A stretch of DNA of 64,000 nt from an uncultured Verrucomicrobiae bacterium (GCA_963801815.1 CAWDGJ010000003.1:1-64000); one strand, 5' to 3'; shown: positions 1 through 9,838, numbered from the stretch's first letter. Numbers and translations: made by a program. The notes: a model not told the origin generated them from the sequence alone.

Positions 1-1
1 G

Positions 2-160
2 ATCATTTCAAAATTATTTTGGGCGAAAGATTCGCACTCGGAAATTCAACTTGGTGATGTGAGAAACCTTCTCGCAACGGGCTACGATGCGCCGTACCTG
101 CAGCGCTGGACGGGGAAGCTAGGACTGGTTAGCTTACTTCAAGAGTGTTTGGATGACTGA
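2..160 (+). CDS. C-terminal end of a probable nucleotidyltransferase-like protein (partial at window edge)
   Basis: Frame 2 reads IISKLFWAKDSHSEIQLGDVRNLLATGYDAPYLQRWTGKLGL...DD*; the stop overlaps the next ATG. Confidence 0.55.
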   Translation: MISKLFWAKDSHSEIQLGDVRNLLATGYDAPYLQRWTGKLGLVSLLQECLDD

Positions 161-356
161 CACCCCACCAGAAATAAAACGAAGAGTCCGCGAGCAAGTC
201 ATGGCGCGACCGGCCGAGGAGCGGTTCGTGATGGGCGGGCAAATGTTTGATGCTGTGCTGGAGATGGTGAAGGCGTCGCTTCCGGCGGGTTTATCGGAAA
301 CGCAGCAAAGACGGGAATTGTTTAAACGTCTCTATGGCGTGGAACTAAAAACCTAG
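153..356 (+). CDS. Small helical protein, possible partner or antitoxin of the upstream gene
   Basis: 67-aa ORF translationally coupled to the upstream gene. Confidence 0.6.
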   Translation: MTDTPPEIKRRVREQVMARPAEERFVMGGQMFDAVLEMVKASLPAGLSETQQRRELFKRLYGVELKT

Positions 357-420
357 CGACTGGACTTTTCAGCGGCAGAGACGTCGTCTTCTATTTTCTA
401 CTTTTTACTTCCTAATTTGG

Positions 421-480
421 CTCACTCGCGCTCCCGCGCTCGCGCCAGCTACCCTAGCTGCGTTACCGCCTGCTCGCGCG
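421..480 (-). repeat. Diverged minus-strand copy of modular structured repeat family 1
   Basis: Reverse complement GGCGGTAACGCAGCTAGGGTAGCTGGCGCGAGCGCGGGAGCGCGAG resembles the copies at 3606, 5830 and 9160. Confidence 0.55.
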
Positions 481-526
481 TGTTCTTAATTCCTAATTTC
501 TACTTCTTAATTTCTACTTTCTGGAC

Positions 527-754
527 TCAGCTGTCTCCTCGCGGAAGGACGGGCGCGATCGCGAAATAGACGATGGGGATAAGCGCCACGGCCGCAGCGG
601 CGGCGATGGTCGCGATATTGAACGACAAGGCGAGAGTGTGATTAACGGGTTTGAGCGATAGAGCGCAAGCGCCGGCGATGAGCAGAAGGCCAATCGCTGA
701 AGCTTCAGCGATGATGAATCCGATAACTTTGTTGCGACGGCGCAGCTGGGACAT
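527..754 (-). CDS. Small two-TM membrane protein, paralog of 7529..7783
   Basis: KVIGFIIAEASA and AAAVALIPI motifs shared with 7529..7783. Confidence 0.75.
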   Translation of the reverse strand: MSQLRRRNKVIGFIIAEASAIGLLLIAGACALSLKPVNHTLALSFNIATIAAAAAVALIPIVYFAIAPVLPRGDS

Positions 755-871
755 CTTTAGGTGATAGTTACGCTCCCGCTAGTGCGCGCAGATTGTTCCC
801 AGGATATAGATTGCTGCAGAGCAGCATCGCTGATAGTCGATAGTTGATAGCCGTGACCGCAGACCTCACCG

Positions 872-1066
872 TTATCTTCCATTATCGGGGTGATACTTCC
901 GGCACACGTGGGAGTCGTTGAAAGTTCTTCGATGAAGATCGGGTGGCTGGAGTGCAGCCGCGGCAGCGAAACGCCGAAAAAGCGCAGCTCTGCGCCGGGT
1001 CGTTTCCCTATGCGCATAAGCGAAATAAAGCGCGCTGTTTTGAGATAAAGTGAGTGTCGTTTCCAT
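872..1066 (-). CDS. Small basic hypothetical protein, paralog of 27489..27701
   Basis: GGAG RBS before the ATG; N-terminus TLSQNSALYFA resembles TITQNGALFFA. Confidence 0.55.
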   Translation of the reverse strand: METTLTLSQNSALYFAYAHRETTRRRAALFRRFAAAAALQPPDLHRRTFNDSHVCRKYHPDNGR

Positions 1067-1336
1067 GGTGCTCCGATCGTGAGAAAAGCGCCCGAACGGC
1101 AATTTGATCGGACAGGATCAATCTACATGATAAACAGGCGTTCCCTAAGGTTATTTGGGTATCAGAAATCTTAACCACGGATGACACGGATGTGCACGAT
1201 GGACACGGACCGGAGGACGGTTGAGAGGTTGAAGAGAGGAAGCTCAAAACGAAAACTGACAGCTGACAGCTGACAGCGGACAAGAGAAGTTGAGTGGATG
1301 AGTTGTCAGTTGTCGAGGGCAACGAAGATAACAAAG

Positions 1337-1629
1337 GGATCCGCCTTCAGGGATTACGGCGCGACAAGGCAGCGGTTCGCAGGGCGCGAACTTTACGGCG
1401 GGAGCGGTTTTCGGGAGAAAACCTTACGATGGGAGATCGCAACCGTAGGTTGTCGATCTAGGGAAATCGGCGACGTGCCTTGGGAAGGCATGCGTGAGTG
1501 CGAAGACGCGAGTCGCACTAGGGAAGCCGGCGACTCGGTTTTGGTGAATGGAGCGCGTGGGACGCGCGAGATAGAAGGTAAAGCGACGAGGGTAGGAGCG
1601 AGTGCGCGCGGGCAGCGCACGAGTTTCAA
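1337..1629 (+). repeat. Composite of dispersed repeat modules (family 2 followed by family 1)
   Basis: 1370-1548 matches 6279-6369 apart from an internal insert; 1546-1629 matches 8972-9058 and 50432-50517. Confidence 0.85.
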
Positions 1630-1708
1630 AACCAAGCGTTTCTTTGTCAGTTGTCGAGGGCCACGAGATAACGAAAAGACAAAACGTCCTTTCGGAGTAG
1701 AGTGGGGG

Positions 1709-1909
1709 GTGCCGACTTACATTTACGAGACCACCGATCCGACCAAACCGATCCGAAACTTCGAAGCGAAACAAAGCGTCCACGACGAGCCGCTCACGAA
1801 AGATCCGGAAACCGGCGAACCTGCGCGGCGAATAATCTCGCTGGGGTATAATGTTCTCATTCGCGGCAAATCAGTTGGTCCGTCAGTCGGCTCAGTTGGC
1901 GAGCACTGA
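1709..1909 (+). CDS. FmdB-like zinc-ribbon family protein lacking cysteines
   Basis: GTG start; PTYIYE...FEAKQSVHDEPLTKDPETGEPARRIIS follows the FmdB pattern. Confidence 0.7.
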   Translation: MPTYIYETTDPTKPIRNFEAKQSVHDEPLTKDPETGEPARRIISLGYNVLIRGKSVGPSVGSVGEH

Positions 1910-2031
1910 TCGAAAAGTTGATAGCTGTAGTGCGCGCAGATTGTTCAGGATATGGCTGAGAGCGCTCTGCCTTTAGCGCCCATGCCGGGCGTCGTCCTAC
2001 ACCCGATGAGCCATCGGAGGGCTTTTCGGAA

Positions 2032-2061
2032 TTGACATTTTATGGAAGGCCTTAATAAACT
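2032..2061 (+). promoter_or_regulatory. Putative sigma70 promoter
   Basis: TTGACA-N18-TAAACT just upstream of the ATG at 2071. Confidence 0.4.
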
Positions 2062-2070
2062 TTCTGGATT

Positions 2071-2819
2071 ATGAAACCCCTAGTGTTTTTCGGTGGCCTC
2101 CTCCTTGGTGGCTCTCACCGCGCAAGCCAACAGCGTCACCTTCACTGACACGAGCTTCAATCTCGCTAACTATTCCGAGACGACTTATAAGAGTAACCCG
2201 GCAATTGGCATCACCTTTGACCAATGCCCTTCCTGCGGGAATCCGAACCAGGCGTTGCAAATCATGGTCAGCCAGGTCGCCAATGGAGACATATCGACCA
2301 TCGGATTCGTGAACAACACTTTTCTCTACAACCCATCCGTTCAAGGCGCCATCAACACAATCGATGCTTCGGTGGACAAACTTTTCAACACCAATCAGCC
2401 GGTCGATCTCACCACAACGTACGCGAATACGTTCCGGCCGCTGATCGAGCAGGATCACACGTTCTACCTCGCCGCCATAACTGGCCCGACCTTCAACGGC
2501 GGCAGCACCGGCTACCTCAATTTTTCCCAGAACGGACTGACGGCCAGCGATTTCGTGGAGTTTGATTTTACCACCGGCGCTTTTGGAACGACAAATCCGG
2601 ATTTCTCCGGCGATCCAATTCTGTTCGGCCTGGCCCAGCGCACGCAGGCTTCAAGTCCGGATTTACGCACAGTGAACTTCGAGCTTGGATTACGATAATC
2701 TGAACCTCGGCATTCATTCAGCTCCCGATTCCGGCAGCTCGATTTTACTCTTGGCCGGCTCCCTGGCCATGCTGGTGCTACTTCAGCGACACTTGGCGGG
2801 TCGCCAGACGAACGCCTAG
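2071..2819 (+). CDS. Secreted VPDSG-CTERM (APDSG) sorting-domain protein, two apparent frameshifts
   Basis: Signal peptide, body in ORF 2093..2698, and alternate-frame tail SAPDSGSSILLLAGSLAMLVLLQRH..*. Confidence 0.75.
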
Positions 2820-2896
2820 CTTCGTCTCGCCGCCGAGGTAACCTAAGTCCGACCGGCTATTGCGTCTCACGGAGATCGCAATAGCCCGGATTGAGT

Positions 2897-3557
2897 ATGA
2901 AGTTGTCGTTCAAGCCCAAGGAGATTGACGATCATGTCCTCAAGCTAACGGTCGGCTTGATCGCGTTGAGTCTGGCTAATCTGACTGCGTGGTTGTCCGC
3001 TGACTCGATTGAGTCAATCAGCGCCTCGTACTACGAGGACGGTTGGGCCCGCGATTTCTTTATCGGGTTTCTGTTCGCAATCAGTTCGTTCTTGTTTGCC
3101 TACAACGGAGATAGCGCGCGCTGAGATGATACTTAGCAAGATCGCTGCAGTAGCCGCGCTCGGCGTGGTCCTTTTTCCCTGCCGGTGTGGACAACCTCCG
3201 AACATCGTTACTTACGTTCATTACACTTCCGCAGCGATCATGTTCGCCGTGCTGGCGTGTTTGTGCGTCATCTTCTACCGGCGCGCCCGCGCAAAAGGTC
3301 ATCGTGAGGCGCTGTGGCGATCATATATATACGCTGCTTGCGCAATCACGATCCTCCTGGTGATCGCGGTATTGGGGATCGACAATTTCACGGGGAACCA
3401 TCTCGCTTCAAAGCTGCCGCGACTGACTTTCTACGGGGAGCGCGCTGGCCTGATCGCGTTTGGAATCTCGTGGCTTGTGGCCAGCAGAGCCCTTCCTTTC
3501 ATCACTACGCCGGCAGAGCGCGTTTCACTTCTGCCGGTCAAAAGAAGTGACGAGTGA
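2897..3557 (+). CDS. Multi-pass membrane protein (DUF998-like), one apparent frameshift near 3120
   Basis: SISASYY...RDFFIGFLFAI followed by LFP...VHYTSAAIMF in the next frame. Confidence 0.65.
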
Positions 3558-3605
3558 CGGGTGACGAGTGACAAGGAAAGTTGAGAGCTTGAAACGCTGA
3601 AAGCT

Positions 3606-3685
3606 GAATGGAGTGAATGGGATGAGCGACATGGCCGGTAAAGCGGCGAGGTAGCCGTCGAGCCTCGCGGGAGCGAGCGAGATAT
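3606..3685 (+). repeat. Modular structured repeat family 1 copy
   Basis: GAATGGAG..GCGACATGGCCGGTAAAGCGGCGAGGTAGCCGTCGAGCCTCGCGGGAGCGAGCGAGATA, near-identical to 9158-9216. Confidence 0.85.
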
Positions 3686-3718
3686 AAAACTGACACGCTG
3701 ACACGAGTGGCGGCGCCA

Positions 3719-4297
3719 TTAGACAACGAATGGGATAAGGCGTTTTACGCGCCGCGAATAAACCTCATACTCTGTCGGAAATTTTTCGAGCATGAGTTTT
3801 TCTTCGTAGCGCAGTTTGATCCACAGTCCCCAGAACACCAACGGCAAGGCGATGATCCCGGCGACGTGACCGAACACGATCACGGTCCCGACGAGCATGA
3901 TCAGCAGCCCGGTGTAAATCGGATGTCGCACGATCGCGTACGGCCCGCGCGTAATCAGTTCGTGGCCGCCTTTGAAAGTAACGACGCCGCTCCAATTGCT
4001 TCCAAGGGTGAACCTCGCCCAGAAACAAAACAGTAAACCGGCAATGCATAACACAACACCGGTCCATGCAATCGCGTTAACGTGCGGAATCACGCGAAGA
4101 TTGAGCGGATCGGAAAGTCGCGGGCCTTTGAAAATCAAGTAAGCGCCGACGGCCAACGGCAGCATGTAACGCAACAATCCCCCTCCTCGTTGCTGATAAA
4201 CCGATTGCTTGGTCCAGAACGCCGCGATTAGCCAGACCACACAAAACAAACCCCAGCAGCCGCTGATGATCTTGAGAGCGAGAGGAAAGGAGTCCAA
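3719..4297 (-). CDS. Isoprenylcysteine carboxylmethyltransferase family protein
   Basis: LITRGPYAIVRHPIYTG, EEKLM...F...Y..Y...V.R.IP. Confidence 0.9.
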   Translation of the reverse strand: MDSFPLALKIISGCWGLFCVVWLIAAFWTKQSVYQQRGGGLLRYMLPLAVGAYLIFKGPRLSDPLNLRVIPHVNAIAWTGVVLCIAGLLFCFWARFTLGSNWSGVVTFKGGHELITRGPYAIVRHPIYTGLLIMLVGTVIVFGHVAGIIALPLVFWGLWIKLRYEEKLMLEKFPTEYEVYSRRVKRLIPFVV

Positions 4298-4361
4298 AGG
4301 AAGAATTAGGAATTAGGAATTAAAAAGTAAAAGCAGAAAAGCGCTGACAACTGAAAGCCGA

Positions 4362-4727
4362 CTAATTTTTCCGGATCCAGTCGGCCGCTTGCTCGTAAGT
4401 GGGAAATACGGAGATCTCGCGATACTGCTTCCGCGACAGGCGGACGTAATCGAGCACACGCTTCAAGACCGGAGAAGCGCTGCAAATGATCGCGTGCTGA
4501 ACGGGCGGATTCGAAATCGGATCGGCCGCCCACGCATCGAGTGATTCGTTAGAGACAGAAACGTCCCTGACGTTGGATAAATCACAGATGCGCGCGAACG
4601 CCGGATCCGCGGCGGGATCGGTCTCAATTTGACGATGCGCCAGGGCAAGGTCGGAATCAGTCAGGACGTCCGACCCGCGCATCATGATCACACGGCTCGT
4701 CTTGTCGATTGTAACCTCAAGGGACAC
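4362..4727 (-). CDS. Hypothetical protein (STAS/SpoIIAA-like pattern)
   Basis: ICDLS..., ending VFPTYEQAADWI; GTG start inferred. Confidence 0.55.
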   Translation of the reverse strand: MSLEVTIDKTSRVIMMRGSDVLTDSDLALAHRQIETDPAADPAFARICDLSNVRDVSVSNESLDAWAADPISNPPVQHAIICSASPVLKRVLDYVRLSRKQYREISVFPTYEQAADWIRKN

Positions 4728-4931
4728 AGCGAAATACCGCCCGATCATTAATAAACTGGGAACAGACGGGAAGCAAGTTGGGATCAGATCCGCCACGCGG
4801 CCTATCGGGAGTAACCAGCGGCCGGTGAAGTTGATAATTGAGAGTGACCCAAACTAGGAGTTAGAAAGTAGAAATTTCAGAAGACAGAGAACGCAAACTT
4901 CGTTAGGCGGAAGTTTTACCCGCGGGTGCGA

Positions 4932-5729
4932 CTAAAACTTGTAGATGAGCCCGAAGGTAGCGTGGTGTTCTTCTAACCCACCGCTGAGATGTCCGGTAAA
5001 TGTCGGAGAGTTGTTGACGGTGCTGTCGAAGCTAGCGCTACCGAGATCGACGAACTGATATTGAACCCGCGCGCTCCAGTTATTAGTAAGCGCATATTGC
5101 ACACCGCCACCGACCATCCAGCCGGCATTGGTTTCGGTCGTGTTGCCTGCGAGGCGTCCGCCGGGCGGAGCTAAATCGTGCAATTTTTGCGACCAATCCA
5201 AGTCGCCCACCGCAACCCCGCCGGTGACATACGGAAGTAAACGCCCCAGTGCGTAACCAATCCGCGGAGCCACGGTAAAAAGATAATGCGTTTCAAGCGA
5301 CGAACGGATTTCCAATGGCGGGACGCCTACTCCAAGAATAAACGCGCCGGTGTCCGTCGATCCTCGCGACCATAAGTATCCGCCGGCGCACTCGAAGCCG
5401 ATCACCCATTTGTTCAGTTGGTAATCGAACCCGATCAATCCGCCAAGTTCTCCACCGTCGGTACCAAAATCTTCCGACCCGCGCGATTCGAGCCCGCGCT
5501 TGAGCGGCGGGATCTGATTGAATGTTCCGCCCAAACTGAGATCCGGATCAATCTGACCGCGGATGTACCCTCCGAAAACTCCCAGATGAAAGCCGGTCCA
5601 GTTAATAGCGGAAGAGGGTGTTGGCGGTGCCGGTGCTGGTCCCGGGGACATGACTTCCGGTCCGCCGTAGAGCGCGCCGCAAAGTACGCAGGTTGCGATG
5701 AAGGTGATGATGAGTGTCGGTTTTTTCAC
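4932..5729 (-). CDS. Outer-membrane beta-barrel protein (Omp25/RopB-like)
   Basis: Signal peptide, NWTGFHLG, GWMVGGGVQYALTNNWSARVQY, terminal YKF. Confidence 0.9.
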   Translation of the reverse strand: MKKPTLIITFIATCVLCGALYGGPEVMSPGPAPAPPTPSSAINWTGFHLGVFGGYIRGQIDPDLSLGGTFNQIPPLKRGLESRGSEDFGTDGGELGGLIGFDYQLNKWVIGFECAGGYLWSRGSTDTGAFILGVGVPPLEIRSSLETHYLFTVAPRIGYALGRLLPYVTGGVAVGDLDWSQKLHDLAPPGGRLAGNTTETNAGWMVGGGVQYALTNNWSARVQYQFVDLGSASFDSTVNNSPTFTGHLSGGLEEHHATFGLIYKF

Positions 5730-5829
5730 GTTACAAATTGATTAAGTGACTCGGGCCTGAACACTTAAGCTATATCTGTACCGCAGAGGAAGTTGAGAGC
5801 TGAAATCGGAAAGCTGAAATCAGAAAATT

Positions 5830-5910
5830 GAATGGAGCGCGTGGGACGCGCGACATGGCCGGTTAAGCCGCGAGGGTAGCGGTCGAGCACAGCGGGAGTT
5901 GCCGAGATAC
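5830..5910 (+). repeat. Modular structured repeat family 1 copy
   Basis: Same scaffold as 3606 with compensatory stem changes. Confidence 0.85.
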
Positions 5911-6119
5911 AAATCGGAAATCAGAACAGACAACCACGGATCCGCCTTCGTCGCGCAGTTGCCGGACTACGGCGTGACAGGTTACAAGGATGGCACGGAT
6001 GCGTAGAAGATGCTGAGAAGTTCAGGCGTTTAGGAGAGCGCAGATGTCGATCTTTTGCTTGATCGAATCACGACGTTGTGTCGCAATAGTGGCCAATTCA
6101 ATCAATCGAAAGGAACACC

Positions 6120-6260
6120 ATGCTCTGGACTATAGTTGTTATCCTGGTAGTGCTCTGGCTTCTCGGCTTCATCACCCACGTTGGCGGCGGTCTCATCCAT
6201 CTCCTGATCGTGATTGCCGTCATCATCGTGATCATTAACCTGGTCCAAGGCAGACGCTGA
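6120..6260 (+). CDS. lmo0937-family small membrane protein (46 aa, not in the ORF track)
   Basis: MLWTIVVILVVLWLLGFITHVGGGLIHLLIVIAVIIVIINLVQGRR, AAGGA RBS. Confidence 0.9.
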   Translation: MLWTIVVILVVLWLLGFITHVGGGLIHLLIVIAVIIVIINLVQGRR

Positions 6261-6278
6261 CTCTGAGCGGATAGCGGT

Positions 6279-6377
6279 CAGCGGTTCGCAGGCGCGAACT
6301 TTACGGCGGGAGTGCGTGAGCGCGAAGACGCGAATCGCACTAGGAAGCCGGCGACTCGGTTTTGGTGAAAACCGAGC
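6279..6377 (+). repeat. Dispersed repeat family 2 copy
   Basis: CAGCGGTTCGCAGGCGCGAACTTTACGGCGGGAG-TGCGTGAG..GACTCGGTTTTGGTGAA, also present at 1370-1548. Confidence 0.85.
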
Positions 6378-6493
6378 GGACGGAAGTCAGAGGTCAGAAG
6401 TCTGAGGTCCGAGCCGGTGGCGGACTGCAATAAGCGGGCTGCTCTTGGCAATATCCGGCGCGCAGTTCATCAAGCGCGGGCCGAGAGTTCTGC

Positions 6494-6715
6494 ATGAATG
6501 AACAAGTAATAAACCTGATTGTAAAAAGAACAGGGATCACCCAGGAGCACGCCGAGAAGGCGGTGCTCGTGGTGTTTGATTTCCTGAAAACGAAATTGCC
6601 GGCGCCGATCGCCAGCCAACTGGAACCCTTCCTTACCGGTGGACCCGCGAACGCGACAAACCAGCAAGCGGGTGGTTTCGTGAAAAAGGTCGAGGGAGTC
6701 CTCGCCGGGAAATAA
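6494..6715 (+). CDS. Small hypothetical protein (DUF2267-like)
   Basis: KRTGITQEHAEKAV..V.DFLKTKLPAPIASQL. Confidence 0.7.
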   Translation: MNEQVINLIVKRTGITQEHAEKAVLVVFDFLKTKLPAPIASQLEPFLTGGPANATNQQAGGFVKKVEGVLAGK

Positions 6716-7007
6716 CCAATAACATATCAACGGCACGCTTGCCTGCTCCCCCGCGCGACAGCGCCTCGGACTGGCAAGGGTGTTCGTCGATCTTGATGGG
6801 TAGTTCCATTTAGAACGGGAACTACTTGAACGGATGGAAGAAGACGTCGTGAACTCGCGCAGAATGTTCCCTTATATATATAAATAAGGCCGCCGAGATT
6901 CCCAATCTCGGGGCTCGGCCTCCCTCCCAAGCACGTCCCCGTCCAGCCGTAAAGTTGACACCTAGCCAACGCTGCAGAGCGGCGTCGCTCGTGAACGTCG
7001 AACAGCT

Positions 7008-7388
7008 CTAGGCGGCTACTTTTGCTAACGAATCGACGAGATTGCGGAGTTCGTAGACATCGAACGGTTTGGTCAGCATGGTGTCGACCTTGAGTTCCGC
7101 ATAGGCGCTGCGGTTTTCGTCGGTCAGATGCGCGGACAAAACAACAATCTTACCGCCAAAGTTCGCCGCGCGCAGACGTCGAACCAACTCGATGCCGGAC
7201 ACTTTCGGCATTTTGTGGTCGATAATCACAACATCGAAGACCTGGGAATGGTCGGCCATTTTGACCAGCGCCTCATCGGCGCTAAACGCGAGGGTCAGTT
7301 TTCGCTCAGAATTACTGAGAGTGAAGGCCAGGGCGTGCGCGACGCGAAACTCGTCGTCAACGCTAAGAATGTTCAACGGCTTGCCCAC
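7008..7388 (-). CDS. Single-domain response regulator receiver
   Basis: ILSVDDE, DVVIIDHKMPKVSG, LSA, KPFD. Confidence 0.9.
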   Translation of the reverse strand: MGKPLNILSVDDEFRVAHALAFTLSNSERKLTLAFSADEALVKMADHSQVFDVVIIDHKMPKVSGIELVRRLRAANFGGKIVVLSAHLTDENRSAYAELKVDTMLTKPFDVYELRNLVDSLAKVAA

Positions 7389-7528
7389 GGTAACTTGGTT
7401 TTTCGAGCAAGGCGCGTACCGGGAAAAAGTAAGAATTACGAAGTAGGAATTAGAAAGTAAGAATTTGGAATGGAGGAAGTAGGAAGTAAAAGCTGAAAAG
7501 CGGAAAACTGAAACGCGGAAATCAGCAA

Positions 7529-7783
7529 TCAGCGTCGCCGAGGTATCACGGGCACGATTCCGAAGAAGATGATCGGGATCAAAGCGACCGCTGCGGCGGA
7601 TCCGATGGTGATGATGTTGACCAACGAGGCCAGGGTCGAATCTGTCAATCGTCCGGACAGAGCGATTGTCCCAGCCAGCAGCAGAAGACCAGTCGCTGAA
7701 GCTTCAGCAATGATAAATCCGATCACCTTGCCACGATGCCGGCGGTCAACTTCCGATTCCGGATTTTGGGCGGGCTGTTTCAC
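7529..7783 (-). CDS. Small two-TM membrane protein, paralog of 527..754
   Basis: Shared motifs with 527..754. Confidence 0.75.
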   Translation of the reverse strand: MKQPAQNPESEVDRRHRGKVIGFIIAEASATGLLLLAGTIALSGRLTDSTLASLVNIITIGSAAAVALIPIIFFGIVPVIPRRR

Positions 7784-7971
7784 TTAATTTAAATTGAGAG
7801 CAGATTTTAGAAAGCGGAAAGCGGAATTAAGAAGTGACCAGTGACAAGTAACGAGAGGTAAAGCGACCAGCAGCTCGGAAGCAAAACACCGCCCGCCATC
7901 GGATGATGACGAGCGGTGTTCGGTAATTTCGCGCGGACGGCCGCACGGTGGTACTGACTATTGCTTGATTG

Positions 7972-8760
7972 TTATTGCCGGTCGTAAACGTCTACTTCCT
8001 GTTTGTTAACGCCGGGATAGGTGACGGTATTGGTCAGCGTTTTGCCATTGGCGGAAAGTACCCATCGATCGGTCTCGTTGGTTTTCCCGTTGAGTTTGTA
8101 GGTGAGTTCCATCGTCTTGTCGTCGATCTTTTGGCCGGAGACGGTGGTGCCTTTGGCTACTTGCGGGCCCTTGGGCGTGTAATCTTTGCCGTCGAGTTTG
8201 AAATCGGTTTCGCCTTTATACACCGGACTCTTCAGCGAGTAGCCGTCCTTACCTGACGCCACGAACTGGATCGTGTTGGGCGAGCCGATCTTGATTTCGG
8301 TGCTCTCCCACGTTCCAACCAACCCGGACGTCCCGTCAGTCCGCTTGAGTTTGGTCTGATCGTGCGAGGTTGAGCCATTGGGCCGTGTCTCGGTGTTGAC
8401 GTAAGTGGAGGTGGCGCCATCGTCCGATACCGTCCACATGGCATCGCTGATGGTTTTGCCGTTTCGTTTCGTGACCCAATGCCAGCCGGTTGGCCCGCTC
8501 TTGGTCACCGACCAGGTGTTGCCGTACTTGGTCGTGTGCGGTTTGCCATCGAGAGAAACGGTCTCGGCGTCTTCGCCAAAGGCGAATTTGTATTGGTTGT
8601 TCCCGGCGTCTTCCACTTTGTAAGTGAGGCCGTTGAGCTCGCTCTTGTCCGGATTGAATTTCCACCTCCCGACGAAGGAATCGTCCGCTGCGAGCGCTAA
8701 GGGCGCAGCGCAAAGGCTGAACCCGGTAATTGCCACCAAAGTGGCAGTAACTAATTTCAT
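7972..8760 (-). CDS. Secreted protein with two tandem beta-rich domains
   Basis: Signal peptide; internal duplication GRWK/GTWE, LDGK twice, WTVSDDG/WVLSANG. Confidence 0.8.
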   Translation of the reverse strand: MKLVTATLVAITGFSLCAAPLALAADDSFVGRWKFNPDKSELNGLTYKVEDAGNNQYKFAFGEDAETVSLDGKPHTTKYGNTWSVTKSGPTGWHWVTKRNGKTISDAMWTVSDDGATSTYVNTETRPNGSTSHDQTKLKRTDGTSGLVGTWESTEIKIGSPNTIQFVASGKDGYSLKSPVYKGETDFKLDGKDYTPKGPQVAKGTTVSGQKIDDKTMELTYKLNGKTNETDRWVLSANGKTLTNTVTYPGVNKQEVDVYDRQ

Positions 8761-8971
8761 GATGCTTTCTCTTTCTAAGTTTTCAAATAAGGGAAGTTCA
8801 TCCAAGACCCAGGCCCCCTTTGTGGACGAACGACATCGAAGCAAAGCGCGCTTCGACACGCGTGTGAGCGCTGAACGTCGCCCCCGCCTTCGCGAAGTCA
8901 AAGGAATATAGGAAGTGACCAGTGACGAGTGACCTGAAAAGTTGAGAGCCGAGAGTTGACAGCTGAAAACT

Positions 8972-9220
8972 GAATGGAGCGCGTGGGACGCGCGACATAG
9001 AAGGTAAAGCGACGAGGGTAGGAGCGAGTGAGCGCGGGCAGGAGCGAGCGAGTTTCAATGGAGCGAATGGGATGAATACGCCGTGCTGGGACGCCGGCGG
9101 ATGGACTGCATTGGTCGCCTGGCGCGGCGACCGAGCGAATCGGGAGATCGCGAGTCAGCGACATGGCCGGTTAAGCGGCGAGGTAGCCGTCGAGCCTCGC
9201 GGGAGCGAGCGAGATACAAA
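8972..9220 (+). repeat. Tandem of two family 1 repeat units, the second carrying an internal insert
   Basis: Direct similarity to 1546, 3606, 5830 and 50432. Confidence 0.85.
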
Positions 9221-9416
9221 ACTGAAACGCTGAAATCAGAGGTCAGCAGTCAGCAATCAGCAATCAGAGGCAACGGCCAAGATTGGGATAAATGATTGAT
9301 TGTGTTCTGGTAATTATAGGCGATACTCAAGGTAAGTTTCTCGACTGATTCGCCAAAAGTGACGGGTGACCAAGCTGGACGCCCGAAGATCAGATAGAAA
9401 AGCCTGTTAATCCATT

Positions 9417-9698
9417 ATGAAACCAGATCTCGTTCAAGCCGCGGCCGCAGTTATTCCGAATCAGCAAATTCTCGTGAACATGGTGTCCCGACGGGTCCGA
9501 CAACTTTGCCTCGGCCACCGGCCGTTGGTGGAGTTTGTTCCTGGGCTCGGTCATGCTGATGTCGCACTCTCAGAAATCGCGGCCGGAAAATTGGTCTACG
9601 AATCGACTCTCGGACAGAACGGTAAAGATGCCGCGGCCCAGGTAGTGGCGTTTCCCGGAGTCATCGTCGAGAAAAAGGCGAAGAAAAGAGCAGCCTAA
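9417..9698 (+). CDS. rpoZ: RNA polymerase omega subunit-like protein
   Basis: IPN..ILVNMVSRRVRQL..GHRPLV...DVALSEIAAGKL. Confidence 0.75.
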   Translation: MKPDLVQAAAAVIPNQQILVNMVSRRVRQLCLGHRPLVEFVPGLGHADVALSEIAAGKLVYESTLGQNGKDAAAQVVAFPGVIVEKKAKKRAA

Positions 9699-9838
9699 CA
9701 AAGACCAGAGGTCTGGGGTCAGGCAGAAGTGGCAAGTGCCAGAGATCTGAGGTCATCGCTCAGCTACTTTCGTTTTTTCGCTGAAATTTCTAATTTCTAA
9801 TTCCTACTTTTGAGCTTCTCGTTTACCGTGTGCCGATC

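Noticed and set aside
1298..1708. Long ORFs spanning repeat DNA (also 1393..1635, 8798..9058, 50316..50516)
   Set aside because: These are translations of the dispersed repeat; the shared peptides reflect DNA repeats, not genes.
8765..8900. Riboswitch in structured leaders (also 1960-2030 and 18200-18335)
   Set aside because: Hairpins are present, but I cannot match any riboswitch or ribozyme consensus by eye.
1337..9220. Family 1 and 2 repeats as an integron cassette array
   Set aside because: No RYYYAAC/GTTRRRY ends, and several genes in mixed orientation lie between copies.
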